Notes: a model not told the origin generated them from the letters alone. 64,000 nt of DNA from Candidatus Bathyarchaeota archaeon (GCA_004376295.1 SOJZ01000005.1:33914-97913), one strand, 5' to 3'; positions 19,007 through 30,230 are shown, counted from the first letter of the stretch. Translations and numbers: made by a program.

Positions 19007-22000
19007 TAGGTCGCCCCCTTAAACGTAGCGGAAACCACATGAGAAACTCCGCTGCGCTCGTATACGCCATATATCCTCCCTGCTTTGCTAACCATCTCAG
19101 GCTTTAACGTAATAACTAGAGACTGAGAATTCGTTGATTCCTCAGCTAACAGCGCCCCCAGCTTCTCCACGTGAAGTGCATCCAGATGTGCGTCAACCTC
19201 GTCGAATAGATAGAAAGTTGCGGGCAAGAAGTCTTGCAGAGCGAATATGAAGGCAACTGCTGCTACCGATCTTTCTCCGCTGCTGGCTCCACTCACAAGG
19301 ATGGGTGGCTTGCTAGGGAACTGAACGACCATATCTATCCCGCCAGCGAACGGTTCTTCAGGTTTTTCAAGTCGTAAAGCAGCTTCCCCGCCACCTGTGA
19401 GTTTGGAGAAAAACCTACCGATGTTTTCGTTTACTTGGTTGAAAGCCTCCAGGAAAATCTTACGTTTTTTCTGTTCAATTTCATTCATAAATGAAAGTAT
19501 AGCCCGTTTTTCTAGCTCCAACTCGTTCATGCGTATAGATAGTTCTTTGTATCGTGAAGCTTGGTCAGCATAGTGTGACAGGGCCAACTGATTCACAGCA
19601 CCCAGCCTTTCCAGCTCGAAACGCATCAATTTAACAGATGATTCAGCTAATTCAAGTTGTTTCGGCGATACTTCCAAGGTTTCTTCGTAACCAAACTCCT
19701 TCAATCGAAGGTTGCGTTGATCCAGCTGCAGTTGGAATGTTTGGAGGTTGAGTTGAAGCTTGTTGAACAACTGATCGGCTCGCTCATACTCTAGGTCATA
19801 TCGGTGCAACCTCTTGTCAATGTAGTCAATTTGAGACGTAAATTTCTTGGATTCTTTCCTAGCGGTTAAGACTGAACGAGACAAGTCTTCCTTGGACTTC
19901 TCAAGTTCGGGAAGTTCTCTTTCAAGCATCTCCTTCTGTTCAAGAGCTTCTCCAACTTCTTTTTCAACGATAGAGAACTGTTGTCTTACCTTTCGAAGTT
20001 GAATCCTAATGTTATCGGCACCTAATTTGAGAACGTTATTCAACTTGGATTGAAGAGTTGCAAGTTCAGTTTCTATGCTGCCAAGATTTTGCCGTAACTC
20101 TATAATTCCATCTCCTAACCTTTCCTTCTGAATCTCCATCTCCTGAATCTGAGATAAATCCACTTTTCGTCGTAAATTAATCAATTCGTTACGTAGTTTT
20201 TGTATTTCTCTTTTGATAGCGTTACGCTGTGCTTTGTGAAGAACTATTTGTGCCTTCTCTTTTTCCAGACGCCCTTGAACGTTTTGAACGTGTTTATCGA
20301 TGCGCTTAACGTTTCGTTTCGTATATTTGATGCTTTTGTGTAATCGTTCAATTTCACCTTCAAGTGTATGTATTGCCTCGGTTAATCGAGTGAATTCCAC
20401 TCGGGTTTTCTCAATCTCTTCTTCGAAGTTGGTTACGTCGTCTTCTCTTCTTACCAAGTGTTCCAGAAGGGCACTTACTGCTTGGTTCAAGCTTTCAACA
20501 GCTGATTCGCTTGGAATAATTGAAGAAAAGTCGATAGGAGCCCGATAATAACCACTTTCTATCCCTCCACCAGTCTCGTAAACATTTCCGTTAACGGTAG
20601 CCGTTCGATAGCCGTCGCGAGAAACGGAGAGAGCAGTCTTATCATCCCTCGTTATCAAAGTGTCCCCAAAAACGAAAACAACCGCGGGTTCATACTGTTT
20701 TGCGCATTTAACAAACATGGAGGCGGTTCCGCTTATATCCCTGATTTTCTGAGGCCTCACTGGCTTGATATTAGATAATTCTTGAACAGGGATTATCTTG
20801 ATTCTACCTAGCTTCAAGCGTGTAAGTGTTTCTGTACATGTGAATGCAACGTTAAAATCTTGGACAACGATGGAATTCAACCAGCCAGCTGAAGCTGCTT
20901 CTATTGCTTGTTCGTAACCACGATCTATCTTGATTAAGTTTCTGAGTCGCCCATATATGCCCGGGATGACGCCAAGTTCTCCAAGCTCTTCGATGTTCCT
21001 TAACGCCTTTTCCTCTCTTGCAATACGTTCAGCCAATTTCCGCTGAGTAGCAAATTCCACCACGGCCTCTCGAGCAGTGCCAGCGATTTTGCCGGCTTCA
21101 ACAATCTCCTTCTCCATGGACTCTTTTTGCACTTTTTTTCGTTCCAGTGCTTGTTGAAGAGTTTTCAGCTGCCTTTCTTGCTTTTTCTTCACTTCTTTGA
21201 GGTCTCTAAAAGATTTTTTAAGTTCTTCAAGGCTAGACGTGAATCTCTCCTTGCGAGTGTTAATGTCGTTTAGCCTGCGTGAAAGTACCTTAATTGTGGC
21301 TTGACTTCTGGCGTGATCGCTTCGAAGAACGAACAGATTTTGATAAAGTTTGTCTAATTGTTGCTCCATTTCTCTGATTTTCTTACTATTTTCGCCTAAA
21401 TTTGCTCTTAGTTGTGCTGCTTCACTTGAGATGGAGTCGTGTTGGGACCGTTTAATTGCAACCTCTTTGGATAAACGATCATGTTGCCGTTTCAATTGTT
21501 GAACTTTCTTGCGGCTTTCAGCGATCTCGTTCTTAATAGGCTCTAACTGTTGAAGGCTATTCTCTCTCACCTTCTTGAGCCCTTCGAGACTCATTGTTCC
21601 TGCGCTTATCTTGGTCGTCAGTTCAGTTAATTTCGATTTGATGTCACCTATCTTTATTTGAACTTCAAGAACTTGTGTACTGCCTTCCTCCACCGTTTCT
21701 GAACTAAGTTTTCTCCATTCTGTTTCAACTTCATGACGCTGAGTTCTGAGACCTTCTCTTAATTGCCTTAACTTTTCAACTCTGGTGCCAACCTCTTCAA
21801 CATTGGACGCTATCTTTTCGATTTTTTTCTTCACTTCCGAAATGTCATGAGAGAGTTTCATAGCTTCAAATCGTTTGATTTCTTTTTGGATGAAAGTGTA
21901 GCAAAGTAGGTCATTACGTTCTCTTTCCAGGTCGTCAACCCTTTTCTGCACTTCGTCTATTCGCCCCATGGCCGTCCGAATAGATATTTCGGCGGCTCGA

Positions 22001-22554
22001 AGCTTTTCTTCGGCCTCAGCCTTTTCAACGTCGTATTGAGCAATGCCAACTAAGTCCTCTATGATTCTTCTGCGTTCATGAGGAGAGACTTCAGCCATGC
22101 GCGTGATTGTTCCCTGCACAATAATGTTGTGTCCGGTTGGGCTGATCCCAGCCATAGATAACATTTCGACTATGCGAAATCTTGAAATCCTCCTCCCGTT
22201 GAGCCGATAAATGCTTTGACCATTCCTGCGGACTTCACGAGAAATGGTTACAGTGTTGGTGCCAACTGGTATGCGATGGTCATTATTGTCAAATTGAATA
22301 ACAACTTTTGCAGCTTTCGCTTTTTCTACACCTGCATTAGGAGAACCGTGAAAAATAAGTTTTGCAAAATTTTCGGCGCGCAGTCTTCTAGCACTTAGTT
22401 CGCCCAACCCGAATAAGACCGCATCTACAATGTTGGTTTTTCCGCTTCCGTTTGGCCCAGTGAGCACCGTGAAGCCTTTATCTAGTGTTATGCTAGTGGT
22501 TTTCGGACCAAAAGATTTGAAGCCTCTTAACTCAATTTTTTTAATGTACGGCAT
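19006..22554 (-). CDS. smc: chromosome segregation protein SMC (canonical, with hinge)
   Basis: GFKSF, GPNGSGKTN Walker A, long coiled coils, hinge GIYGRL...VFGDT...GGGIESG, LFDEVDAHLD; 1182 aa. Confidence 0.96.
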   Translation of the reverse strand: MPYIKKIELRGFKSFGPKTTSITLDKGFTVLTGPNGSGKTNIVDAVLFGLGELSARRLRAENFAKLIFHGSPNAGVEKAKAAKVVIQFDNNDHRIPVGTNTVTISREVRRNGQSIYRLNGRRISRFRIVEMLSMAGISPTGHNIIVQGTITRMAEVSPHERRRIIEDLVGIAQYDVEKAEAEEKLRAAEISIRTAMGRIDEVQKRVDDLERERNDLLCYTFIQKEIKRFEAMKLSHDISEVKKKIEKIASNVEEVGTRVEKLRQLREGLRTQRHEVETEWRKLSSETVEEGSTQVLEVQIKIGDIKSKLTELTTKISAGTMSLEGLKKVRENSLQQLEPIKNEIAESRKKVQQLKRQHDRLSKEVAIKRSQHDSISSEAAQLRANLGENSKKIREMEQQLDKLYQNLFVLRSDHARSQATIKVLSRRLNDINTRKERFTSSLEELKKSFRDLKEVKKKQERQLKTLQQALERKKVQKESMEKEIVEAGKIAGTAREAVVEFATQRKLAERIAREEKALRNIEELGELGVIPGIYGRLRNLIKIDRGYEQAIEAASAGWLNSIVVQDFNVAFTCTETLTRLKLGRIKIIPVQELSNIKPVRPQKIRDISGTASMFVKCAKQYEPAVVFVFGDTLITRDDKTALSVSRDGYRTATVNGNVYETGGGIESGYYRAPIDFSSIIPSESAVESLNQAVSALLEHLVRREDDVTNFEEEIEKTRVEFTRLTEAIHTLEGEIERLHKSIKYTKRNVKRIDKHVQNVQGRLEKEKAQIVLHKAQRNAIKREIQKLRNELINLRRKVDLSQIQEMEIQKERLGDGIIELRQNLGSIETELATLQSKLNNVLKLGADNIRIQLRKVRQQFSIVEKEVGEALEQKEMLERELPELEKSKEDLSRSVLTARKESKKFTSQIDYIDKRLHRYDLEYERADQLFNKLQLNLQTFQLQLDQRNLRLKEFGYEETLEVSPKQLELAESSVKLMRFELERLGAVNQLALSHYADQASRYKELSIRMNELELEKRAILSFMNEIEQKKRKIFLEAFNQVNENIGRFFSKLTGGGEAALRLEKPEEPFAGGIDMVVQFPSKPPILVSGASSGERSVAAVAFIFALQDFLPATFYLFDEVDAHLDALHVEKLGALLAEESTNSQSLVITLKPEMVSKAGRIYGVYERSGVSHVVSATFKGAT

Positions 22555-22816
22555 TTCTTTTCTAGCCCGCCTCCAACGTTTTTAGTATAGCGGGAATTAA
22601 CCTAATCATTTACCCCTTCTTTCTATAAAATTCTTCTATAATAAAATATGCATCAGAAACCTGTCTAGTCAGTCCACCTAGAAACAAGGCGTTTGACCCA
22701 AGATTTTCAAACATAAAAAAAGCGGGTTTTGCAAGGATATCTCTATTACATGGATTATAGAACCTTGCTTCCAAAAAACAGATTCTGAAGGTCAAGTCTA
22801 TGATCCCTCCCCCCCG

Positions 22817-22855
22817 TATAGGGGGTCTATAAAGAGAGAGACACACCCAAATAAC
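22817..22855 (+). repeat. G-string intergenic repeat
   Basis: TATAGGGGGTCTATAAAGAGAGAGACACACCCAAATAAC. Confidence 0.75.
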
Positions 22856-22890
22856 ATTACAAAACAGATAACCTCAAAACTCAACACAAA

Positions 22891-23436
22891 CTAAGCAGAT
22901 ACACTTTTCTTCGTCTTACGTTTCAAAAAATCCTGTTGTAACCTCAACCTCTTAATAAACGATTTCACACTCTCATCATCCCCATAAACAAGCACAAACC
23001 CATTCTCCTGCATTTTGTGCAAAAGCCCATTTTCCTCAGCCAAATTTTCGATATCCTCCTGAGGAGTATCTTCCGAAACTTGAACCCGCACCCAACATTT
23101 ACCTCGTGGAAGCCCTGAAACAAACCTTGAAACAACTTTCACCTCTTCCTCCCCAGAAATCCTTTTTCTAGCCACCCCAAGCTTTCCCATCCAATGCTCC
23201 ACAAACTCAGACCCAAACTTCTCCTGTGCCATGGAAATAAGATAGAATTCAACGTTTTCTAGGTATGTCTCAATTCTCGGAATATTCTTGATGTGTGATG
23301 GATCGGCTTTAAAAATCTGTATCATCGTCTTAGCAGAGCGCAGATCATTCATGACACTAGCCGGAATTACTGCACCCTTTTTCCGAAGCTCGGTGATCAG
23401 ATCTGCCAACACTTTCCATGTTTCCTCGTAACGCAT
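22891..23436 (-). CDS. DUF2096-family protein
   Basis: WKVLADLITELRKKG...DLRSAKTMI N-terminus typical of the family. Confidence 0.7.
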   Translation of the reverse strand: MRYEETWKVLADLITELRKKGAVIPASVMNDLRSAKTMIQIFKADPSHIKNIPRIETYLENVEFYLISMAQEKFGSEFVEHWMGKLGVARKRISGEEEVKVVSRFVSGLPRGKCWVRVQVSEDTPQEDIENLAEENGLLHKMQENGFVLVYGDDESVKSFIKRLRLQQDFLKRKTKKSVSA

Positions 23437-23708
23437 ACCCTTTAAGCCTCAAACACTTCTCAATATTATCTTCGAATCCTTCGGGTCATTTAAGTTCTTT
23501 GTAGAATAACGGTAAACTGAATTCAGAAAAGCCTATTTGAATCACATCTTAGACCAGCTAGAACGATGTATATATGTGACTTTTTGAATGATCTTTCACC
23601 TCCTCATTAACAAAAGAGTCAACAATATCCTTTTTAACAAAAGCCTTTTTAGTTTCATCTCTACAACAGAACAAGCAAAACGAGTTTACAAACATGAGGT
23701 GATAAAGT

Positions 23709-24446
23709 TTGTCTATGTTTGCAGCACCAGGAGCTTATGATCGTGCCATCACCGTGTTTTCCCCAGATGGACGTCTCTTTCAGGTTGAATATGCCGTTGA
23801 AACAGTGAATCGTGGGGCAACCATATTGGGGATTACCTGCTCCGAAGGAGTAGTGTTAGGAGCAGAAGAGACCATCGAAACAAAATTAGAGGATCCTAAT
23901 TTTTCATGGAAGCTCTATAAAGTAGACGACCATGTTGGAGCAGCAATTGTTGGTTTAAGTTCCGACGCTCGCATTCTCATTGACCAATCAAGGGTCTACG
24001 CTCAAAGCAATCGATTAATGTACGATGACCCCATCGACATTGAAGTTATCACGAAACGAATAGGAGACCTAAAGCAACTGTATACTCAGCATGCAGGAGT
24101 AAGACCCTTCGGAGTGTCAATTCTTTTTGGTGGCGTGGATAGGCTAGGAAATAGGTTATTCGCGACCCATCCAAGCGGTTCCTACAGGGGTTATAAGGCC
24201 GTTGCAGTAGGTGTTGGTCGCGAAACGGTGATAAACATCTTAAAGACGGAGTATCATGAAAATATGAAACTTGATGAAGCGATCAAACTCGCCATAAAAT
24301 GCCTTGTTAAAGCCCTTGAGGCGAGGGAACAGCCAACAAGAGTCAAAATATCTGTGATCCCATCCGCAACGAAAAAGCTCAAAGAGCTTACCGACAAAGA
24401 AATTGAGGCTTATCGGAGGGGTATCGAGGGCAGTGGAACTCCATGA
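23709..24446 (+). CDS. psmA: proteasome alpha subunit
   Basis: YDRAITVFSPDGRLFQVEYA, RPFGVS. Confidence 0.96.
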   Translation: MSMFAAPGAYDRAITVFSPDGRLFQVEYAVETVNRGATILGITCSEGVVLGAEETIETKLEDPNFSWKLYKVDDHVGAAIVGLSSDARILIDQSRVYAQSNRLMYDDPIDIEVITKRIGDLKQLYTQHAGVRPFGVSILFGGVDRLGNRLFATHPSGSYRGYKAVAVGVGRETVINILKTEYHENMKLDEAIKLAIKCLVKALEAREQPTRVKISVIPSATKKLKELTDKEIEAYRRGIEGSGTP

Positions 24447-25132
24447 GCGAACGCCACACAATTGCACGCATAACCCGCGAGGGAGAACACTTCGAGATTC
24501 TTGTCAAGCCTCAACATGCTCTCTCCTACAGACTTGGAAAAATCACTTCGATTTCTGAAGTGTTGGTTGCTGACACCATTTTTATAGATGCTAACAAAGG
24601 ATTACGAGCCTCAGAAGATAAACTACAGAAAACGTTCGGAACCTTAGATCCAATCAAGATTGCCAGCGTGATTTTGAAGAAGGGTACATTGCAGCTAACT
24701 ACAGAGCAACGAAGACAGATGATCGAGGACAAACGAAAACAAATCATTTCTTTCATATCCCGTCAATGCGTTGACCCGAGAACTAATCTTCCACATCCTC
24801 CTCTCCGCATAGAACAAGCATGGAAGCAAATTCATCATCCGATAGACCCTTTCAAAGAAACTGAGGAACAGGCAAAAGAGATCATAAAGCTCTTGCGCCC
24901 AATTCTCCCCCTTAAAATGGAAAAAGTTTCTGTGGCCGTTCACATTCCACCTGAATACGCGAGTAAAGCTTACGGAGCAGTTAAGGGATTCGGCGTAATA
25001 AGACGTGAGGAGTGGCGGGCCGACGGGTCTTGGTCCACAGTTGTAGAATTGCCTGCAGGGCTATACGGCCCATTTCTGGAAAAGCTAGGAGAAATAACTC
25101 GAGGTAATCTCCAAGCAAAATTGATTGAATAG
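24443..25132 (+). CDS. ribosome maturation protein SBDS/Sdo1
   Basis: GEHFEILV, LQLTTEQRR, DPRTNLPHPP; position in the exosome operon. Confidence 0.95.
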   Translation: MSERHTIARITREGEHFEILVKPQHALSYRLGKITSISEVLVADTIFIDANKGLRASEDKLQKTFGTLDPIKIASVILKKGTLQLTTEQRRQMIEDKRKQIISFISRQCVDPRTNLPHPPLRIEQAWKQIHHPIDPFKETEEQAKEIIKLLRPILPLKMEKVSVAVHIPPEYASKAYGAVKGFGVIRREEWRADGSWSTVVELPAGLYGPFLEKLGEITRGNLQAKLIE

Positions 25133-25156
25133 GTTATTTACATTGAGGTAACAAAA

Positions 25157-25870
25157 TTGCCCACCTTTTATGAGAATAAACAACTTGTAACGCCAGGAGA
25201 TTTGCTTGCCGAAGGTAATTACGTGGCTGGCGAAAATGCGTACGCGGAAGATGGCAAAATTTATTCTACTCAACTTGGGCTTGTGGACTATGAAGAGCAA
25301 AGAGTTCACGTCGTTGCCCTAAGGGCGTTTTACATCCCTTACATTGGAGATACAGTTATTGGAAAAGTAGTTGACGTAGGCTTCAGTGGCTGGATGTTGG
25401 ATATCAACGCCCCCTACTTTGCAATGCTCCGAGCGTCAGACGTACTTGACCGCCCGTTTAAACCACAGAAAAACGATTTGTTCTCTATCTTCAATATAGG
25501 TGATCTTATCATTGCCAAAGTAGTTGCATACAACCGAACACGCGACCCCCTACTTACTGTCGGTGACCCCGGTCTCGGGAAGATCACGCGCGGACAAATC
25601 GTGGAAGTTACCCCCACAAAAATTCCGCGACTTATTGGAAGACAAGGTTCAATGATAAGTATGCTGAAAAGAGAAACAGGGTGTCACATCACTCTTGGTC
25701 AAAACGGATTGGTTCTCGTTAGCGGCAAAACTCTTGAAGATGAACGACTCGCGATTATGGCCATTCGCAAGATCGATCAAGAAGCCCACACAAGCGGGTT
25801 AACGGATCGCGTAACGAAAATGATTCAGAAGGAAAAGGGAGGTGTTAAACATGCCCAGAAAGACAACTAA
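25157..25870 (+). CDS. rrp4: exosome RNA-binding subunit Rrp4
   Basis: VTPGDLL, S1 and KH ([11 protein letters not shown]) domains, EAHTSGLT. Confidence 0.95.
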   Translation: MPTFYENKQLVTPGDLLAEGNYVAGENAYAEDGKIYSTQLGLVDYEEQRVHVVALRAFYIPYIGDTVIGKVVDVGFSGWMLDINAPYFAMLRASDVLDRPFKPQKNDLFSIFNIGDLIIAKVVAYNRTRDPLLTVGDPGLGKITRGQIVEVTPTKIPRLIGRQGSMISMLKRETGCHITLGQNGLVLVSGKTLEDERLAIMAIRKIDQEAHTSGLTDRVTKMIQKEKGGVKHAQKDN

Positions 25871-26594
25871 AAAATTAATCGACAAAAATGGCATTCGAGC
25901 AGATGGAAGAAAACTAGATGAGTTAAGACCAATAAAAATCGAGGCTGGTGTAATTAGAAACGCCGACGGTTCCGCCTACATTGAGCAGGGTAAGAACAAG
26001 ATTCTCGTCGGAGTGTACGGCCCCAAGGAGGTTCATCCCAAACATTTAACCCTGCTGGACCGCGCCTTGCTCCGTTGCCGCTATCATATGGCACCGTTTT
26101 CAGTTGATGAGAGGAAAAGACCAGCTCCCTCAAGAAGGGAACAGGAACTCTCCAAGGTGATTACATGGGCCATTGAGCCGTCCATTTTTCTTGAACATTT
26201 TCCACGAACATCCATAGACGTTTTCATTGAAGTTTTGCAAGCAAACGGCGGAACTAGATGCGCGGGCATTACTGCTGCCTCTGTAGCGTTAGCGGACGCT
26301 GGAATTCCTATGAGAGATTTGGTTGCGGCGTGTGCGGCTGGAAAAGTAGAAGGACATCTAGTGCTTGATTTGATGGATGTTGAGGACAAAATGGGTGAAG
26401 CGGATTTACCTTTGGCGCTGATGCCAAATTTGAACGCCATAACGTTACTTCAGATGGATGGGGGACTAACGACGGAAGAATTTGAGCAAGTGATGGGCCT
26501 TGCTCTTACCGGATGCAAGCAAATACACACTCTTCAAAAGGAAGCTTTAAAGGCGAGGTACATCGCTGTTAAGAAGGCGGTAGAAAAACAATGA
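25851..26594 (+). CDS. rrp41: exosome exonuclease Rrp41
   Basis: [35 protein letters not shown] at 25851. Confidence 0.96.
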   Translation: MPRKTTKKLIDKNGIRADGRKLDELRPIKIEAGVIRNADGSAYIEQGKNKILVGVYGPKEVHPKHLTLLDRALLRCRYHMAPFSVDERKRPAPSRREQELSKVITWAIEPSIFLEHFPRTSIDVFIEVLQANGGTRCAGITAASVALADAGIPMRDLVAACAAGKVEGHLVLDLMDVEDKMGEADLPLALMPNLNAITLLQMDGGLTTEEFEQVMGLALTGCKQIHTLQKEALKARYIAVKKAVEKQ

Positions 26595-27388
26595 CCCAGA
26601 TCATAATTCCCCATATAACGCAGAAGCAAATTGTTCAAGCCATCTCTGACGGGAAGCGACTGGATGGACGGGGATTGACTGATTATCGCGAAGTTCAACT
26701 GGAGGCAGGTATCATTGGGAGCGCTGAAGGTTCAGCTCGCGTGCGCCTAGGCAAAACCGAAGTACTTGTTGGAATAAAAATCGAAGTTGGTGCACCGTTT
26801 TCCGACATACCCAACGAAGGAGTACTCACGGTTAATGCTGAGCTTGTACCACTGGCATCACCCACATTTGAAACAGGACCACCAGGCAAAGAAGCGATAG
26901 AACTTGCAAGAGTCGTTGACCGCGGCATACGAGAGTCCAAGGCAATTGCGCTAGAGAAGCTATGTGCTATCCCTAAAAAGAAAGTTTTCATAATCTTCAT
27001 CGACATTTACGTTCTGAACCACGACGGAAATCTTATAGACGCCTCAGCCCTAGCAGCACTTGCCGCGTTGCTTAACACAAAGATGTTTAAATATCAAGTG
27101 AAAGACGGCGAAATCGAGATAAAGCCTGGATACACTCAACTTCCAATAAGAAACCATCCAATAGCTGTTACGCTTGCTAAAATCAACGAGAAGCTTGTAG
27201 TGGACCCTGAACTCGGAGAGGAACAAGTTATGGATACCCGCCTCACAATGACCATAGAAAAAGACGGAAAAATTTGTGCAATGCAGAAAGGTGGCAGCGG
27301 CTATTTCACGACGCAACAAATCATGGAAGCCGCAAAGATAGCCCAAGAAAAAAGTATAGAATTACGAAAGCTTATGGTGAAAGGCTGA
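26591..27388 (+). CDS. rrp42: exosome subunit Rrp42
   Basis: [36 protein letters not shown]. Confidence 0.96.
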   Translation: MTQIIIPHITQKQIVQAISDGKRLDGRGLTDYREVQLEAGIIGSAEGSARVRLGKTEVLVGIKIEVGAPFSDIPNEGVLTVNAELVPLASPTFETGPPGKEAIELARVVDRGIRESKAIALEKLCAIPKKKVFIIFIDIYVLNHDGNLIDASALAALAALLNTKMFKYQVKDGEIEIKPGYTQLPIRNHPIAVTLAKINEKLVVDPELGEEQVMDTRLTMTIEKDGKICAMQKGGSGYFTTQQIMEAAKIAQEKSIELRKLMVKG

Positions 27389-27693
27389 TGGGAGGACGAA
27401 CCAAAAAGGTTGGTTCAACGAGAGGATTCGGGGCTCGCTACGGCTCGAGTGTTAGAAAAAGATACGTCAAAGTGCTTTCGGAAATGAAAAAAGCCCACAG
27501 ATGCCCCAAATGCGGCTTTGGTTCGGTTCGAAGAAAAAGCGTAGGCGTCTGGAACTGTAAAAAATGCGGTCTAACATTCACGGGCGGCGCTTACATCCCA
27601 GTCACAAAGCTTGGCATCATAGCGAAGCGTTCAGCTAAGGGGCTACCATCTCCAGAAACCCCGGAGGTTCTCGTTGCAGAGGAAAGAGAGTGA
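27388..27693 (+). CDS. rpl37ae: 50S ribosomal protein L37Ae (eL43)
   Basis: FGARYG, CPKC, GVWNCKKCG, FTGGAY; ATG overlaps the rrp42 stop (TGATG). Confidence 0.95.
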   Translation: MGGRTKKVGSTRGFGARYGSSVRKRYVKVLSEMKKAHRCPKCGFGSVRRKSVGVWNCKKCGLTFTGGAYIPVTKLGIIAKRSAKGLPSPETPEVLVAEERE

Positions 27694-28113
27694 TCTTACT
27701 AATCACCTCTTGGAGGCCGACGAAGAGGATAAAACGCTTTTGTCACGATGTTGAACGTTTGATACCTGATGCTGTCTGAATTAGTCAGGGCAAGTTGAAT
27801 CTTGATGGAATAGCTGAAAAAGCTCTTGAGCCAAGTGCTGACCGAGTTATTATTGTTTTCGCAACAAAAATGTTGCTTTTTGATGCTGTCTGAGAAGTTC
27901 CGAGAGGTAAACAGGCGAGGTTATCCCTACAAGCGAATCTACACTTGGTGGGTCCATGAACCTACGTTCCCTAGATAAAGAGATTTTTGGTCTCTTCTAC
28001 AGTGGATACGGCCGCAACCAAAAAGTAGCGAGAATTAGGATGTGCAAACACAAAGGATTGAAATAGGTCCTTGTGTTACCATATCGCAGGTGATGTGGGA
28101 AACTCGAAAATGA
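27690..28113 (+). pseudogene. Brix/Imp4-domain ribosome biogenesis protein, disrupted
   Basis: GTG 27690 reads MILLITSWRPTKRIKRFCHDVERLIPDAV*ISQGKLNLDGIAEKAL; in-frame TGA at 27777 and 27891; C-terminal EIGPCVTISQVMWETRK* in another frame ending 28113; syntenic Brix position. Confidence 0.8.
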
Positions 28114-28376
28114 GAGCTCACGCGGTTGTCCACTTAGATTTTCCATCTCAAAAGCAGTCAAAAATCATGCTTAAGGCATTACGACCTGAGACTAGAACGA
28201 TGTCTGCCCGTCGCTCTAGAGTCTATATCGAAGGCAGAGGAAAAACGTTGATAATACGCTTTGAGGCGGAAGACACGTCCGCTTTAAGAGCTTCCATAAA
28301 CTCTTTCCTTCGTTGGGTTTTTTTAACGAAAACAGTATTGAAATCTGTTGATAAATTTCAATTTGCCGATAAATAA
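28110..28376 (+). CDS. pcc1: KEOPS complex subunit Pcc1
   Basis: ALRPE...AEDTSALRASINSFLRW; ATG 28110 overlaps the Brix stop; synteny. Confidence 0.88.
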   Translation: MRAHAVVHLDFPSQKQSKIMLKALRPETRTMSARRSRVYIEGRGKTLIIRFEAEDTSALRASINSFLRWVFLTKTVLKSVDKFQFADK

Positions 28377-28510
28377 GATGATACGTTTCAAAATATGGGT
28401 TCTGTTCTAACCTGCAAACTAGCTGCAGATGATGTCTTACGTGAAAACGCTTAATTAACGCGACGTTATAATGCAGACAGAGTTGAGAAATGACGGTTTG
28501 AGGAATTGTG

Positions 28511-28882
28511 ATGAGCGAGGATATTTCTAGGCTTCCACCTCAAGTTCAACAGCGGTTGTTGAGGCTTCAGCAGTTACAGCAGACATTGCAGGCGGTTCTA
28601 ACGCAGAAGCAGCAGCTTGAGTTGGAGTTTACTGAGGTGGAGCAGGCGTTAAGCGAGTTGGAGAAACTGACCGACTCCGCGACAATTTACAAGTCCATTG
28701 GTTCGCTTTTAGTGAAGGCGAAGAAAGGTAAGGTGACAACTGAACTGAATGAACGGAAAGACCTTCTTAACATGAGGATTAACGTTCTGGGTAAACAGGA
28801 GGAGCGGCTACGGACCCAAGTGAAGGATTTGCAGACGAAACTGCAGCGTGACCTGCGCCCGCTTTCGCCACCGCCTCCATAG
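28511..28882 (+). CDS. pfdB: prefoldin beta subunit
   Basis: LPPQVQ...QLQQTLQ, IYKSIGSLLV hairpin, coiled coils. Confidence 0.93.
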   Translation: MSEDISRLPPQVQQRLLRLQQLQQTLQAVLTQKQQLELEFTEVEQALSELEKLTDSATIYKSIGSLLVKAKKGKVTTELNERKDLLNMRINVLGKQEERLRTQVKDLQTKLQRDLRPLSPPPP

Positions 28883-28894
28883 GATGAAAGTTTT

Positions 28895-29197
28895 TTGGAA
28901 GAAATAGGTATACCTGAACTTACTTCTGAGCAGGTGGAAGAGCTTTGCGAAATTGCAGAAAAGGCGGCGAGAAAACATATCCTGTCAAAGATTCCTTCAA
29001 ATAGAATTTCTACCCTTGACATAACCATTGACACCGAGGGGACAAAGCCCGTCACCGTGAACGTCGACGTAGGAGTCACCTTATCGCCCCTTATGAAGAA
29101 TCATGATGTTAAAAGGCTGGTCAACGAAGCTACAGAAGAAGCCTTCGCATCTATTGAAAGATATCTGAGGGCGCTTACATGCAAATCCACAAAATAA
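28895..29197 (+). CDS. DUF3194-family protein
   Basis: IPELTSEQVEELCEIAE pattern; usual position between pfdB and the DHH gene. Confidence 0.75.
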   Translation: MEEIGIPELTSEQVEELCEIAEKAARKHILSKIPSNRISTLDITIDTEGTKPVTVNVDVGVTLSPLMKNHDVKRLVNEATEEAFASIERYLRALTCKSTK

Positions 29198-30165
29198 TGC
29201 TCCTCATAGACAAACACAATGCTAAGTTGATCGTTTTATTGTGCCATCACAACGCTGATCCAGACGCAGTGTGCGCAGCATTTGCCTTCTCCAGACTACT
29301 GAAGCACCTACGACCTAAATTAAACGTTGAAATTGCAGCGGCCCAAGGACCTAGCAGACTTACCAAATTTATGTTAAAGTCATTGCCCATAAAACTGACA
29401 ACGCATCCACGTATTGAGGAAGCAAACGTTATTGTGTTATTGGACACCAACACCATTCAGCAGCTGGATGAATGGGCTGAACGAGTCAGGGCATCTGACT
29501 CTCCACTCATCGTGATTGACCATCATGCGCGTCATCCGGAAACGGAACGTCTCGCAACGATATCCGTGAGTGACGAAAAAGCCGCGTCCACATGCGAGAT
29601 TGTGTACCAGTTCTTCAAGGAAGCGGAGGTTAAGCTAGAAGAACCCGCGGCTAAGGCTTTATTCCTCGGAATAGCGTTTGACACCCGACACTTCATTTTG
29701 GCCAACTCCGCCACGCTTAAGACCGTAGCTGATCTCATCGACGCCGGGGTGAACGCCCAAGAAGCCTTGCCTCTGCTTTCTTTGCCGATGAACTATTCAG
29801 AACGCATAGCACGGCTTAAGGCGAGTCGACGCGCAAAGCTACTGAAAATGGGGAAGTGGCTGATCGCGCTTTCCCATGTTGGCGCCTACCAAGCTTCAGC
29901 TGCAAGGGCCTTGATTGGATTAGGAGCTCATGTAGCTGTTGTTGTAGGTCAGAGAGACGGTGAGATTCAAATCAGCTTGCGTTCAAGCCGTGATTTCCAC
30001 GAAAAAACAGGGGTACATCTGGGTCGAGACATAGCTAAGTCTCTCGGTGAATACCTCCACGGCATGGGCGGAGGGCACTCGGTGTCAGCAGGAGCTAATG
30101 GGGTGGGCAATGTGGAGGCAAGCCTTAAGCGTTGTATGAGGCTCTTTAAAGAGAAGCTGAAGTAA
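29179..30165 (+). CDS. DHH/DHHA1 phosphoesterase
   Basis: HHNADPDA, LLDT, IDHH, GGGH. Confidence 0.92.
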   Translation: MQIHKIMLLIDKHNAKLIVLLCHHNADPDAVCAAFAFSRLLKHLRPKLNVEIAAAQGPSRLTKFMLKSLPIKLTTHPRIEEANVIVLLDTNTIQQLDEWAERVRASDSPLIVIDHHARHPETERLATISVSDEKAASTCEIVYQFFKEAEVKLEEPAAKALFLGIAFDTRHFILANSATLKTVADLIDAGVNAQEALPLLSLPMNYSERIARLKASRRAKLLKMGKWLIALSHVGAYQASAARALIGLGAHVAVVVGQRDGEIQISLRSSRDFHEKTGVHLGRDIAKSLGEYLHGMGGGHSVSAGANGVGNVEASLKRCMRLFKEKLK

Positions 30166-30230
30166 CCCTTTTTTAAGTAACTACTCTTAAGTGAAACAGA
30201 TATTTGGCAAATAGATGGGCGCGCGAAGAC

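Noticed and set aside
22817..22855. ORB replication-origin box
   Set aside because: Has a G-string but lacks the TCCA-GTGGAAAC-type core, and there is no cdc6/orc1 in the window
23440..23605. Possible decayed ORF on the minus strand (HIYIVLAGLRCD...)
   Set aside because: Too short and broken to support any family call
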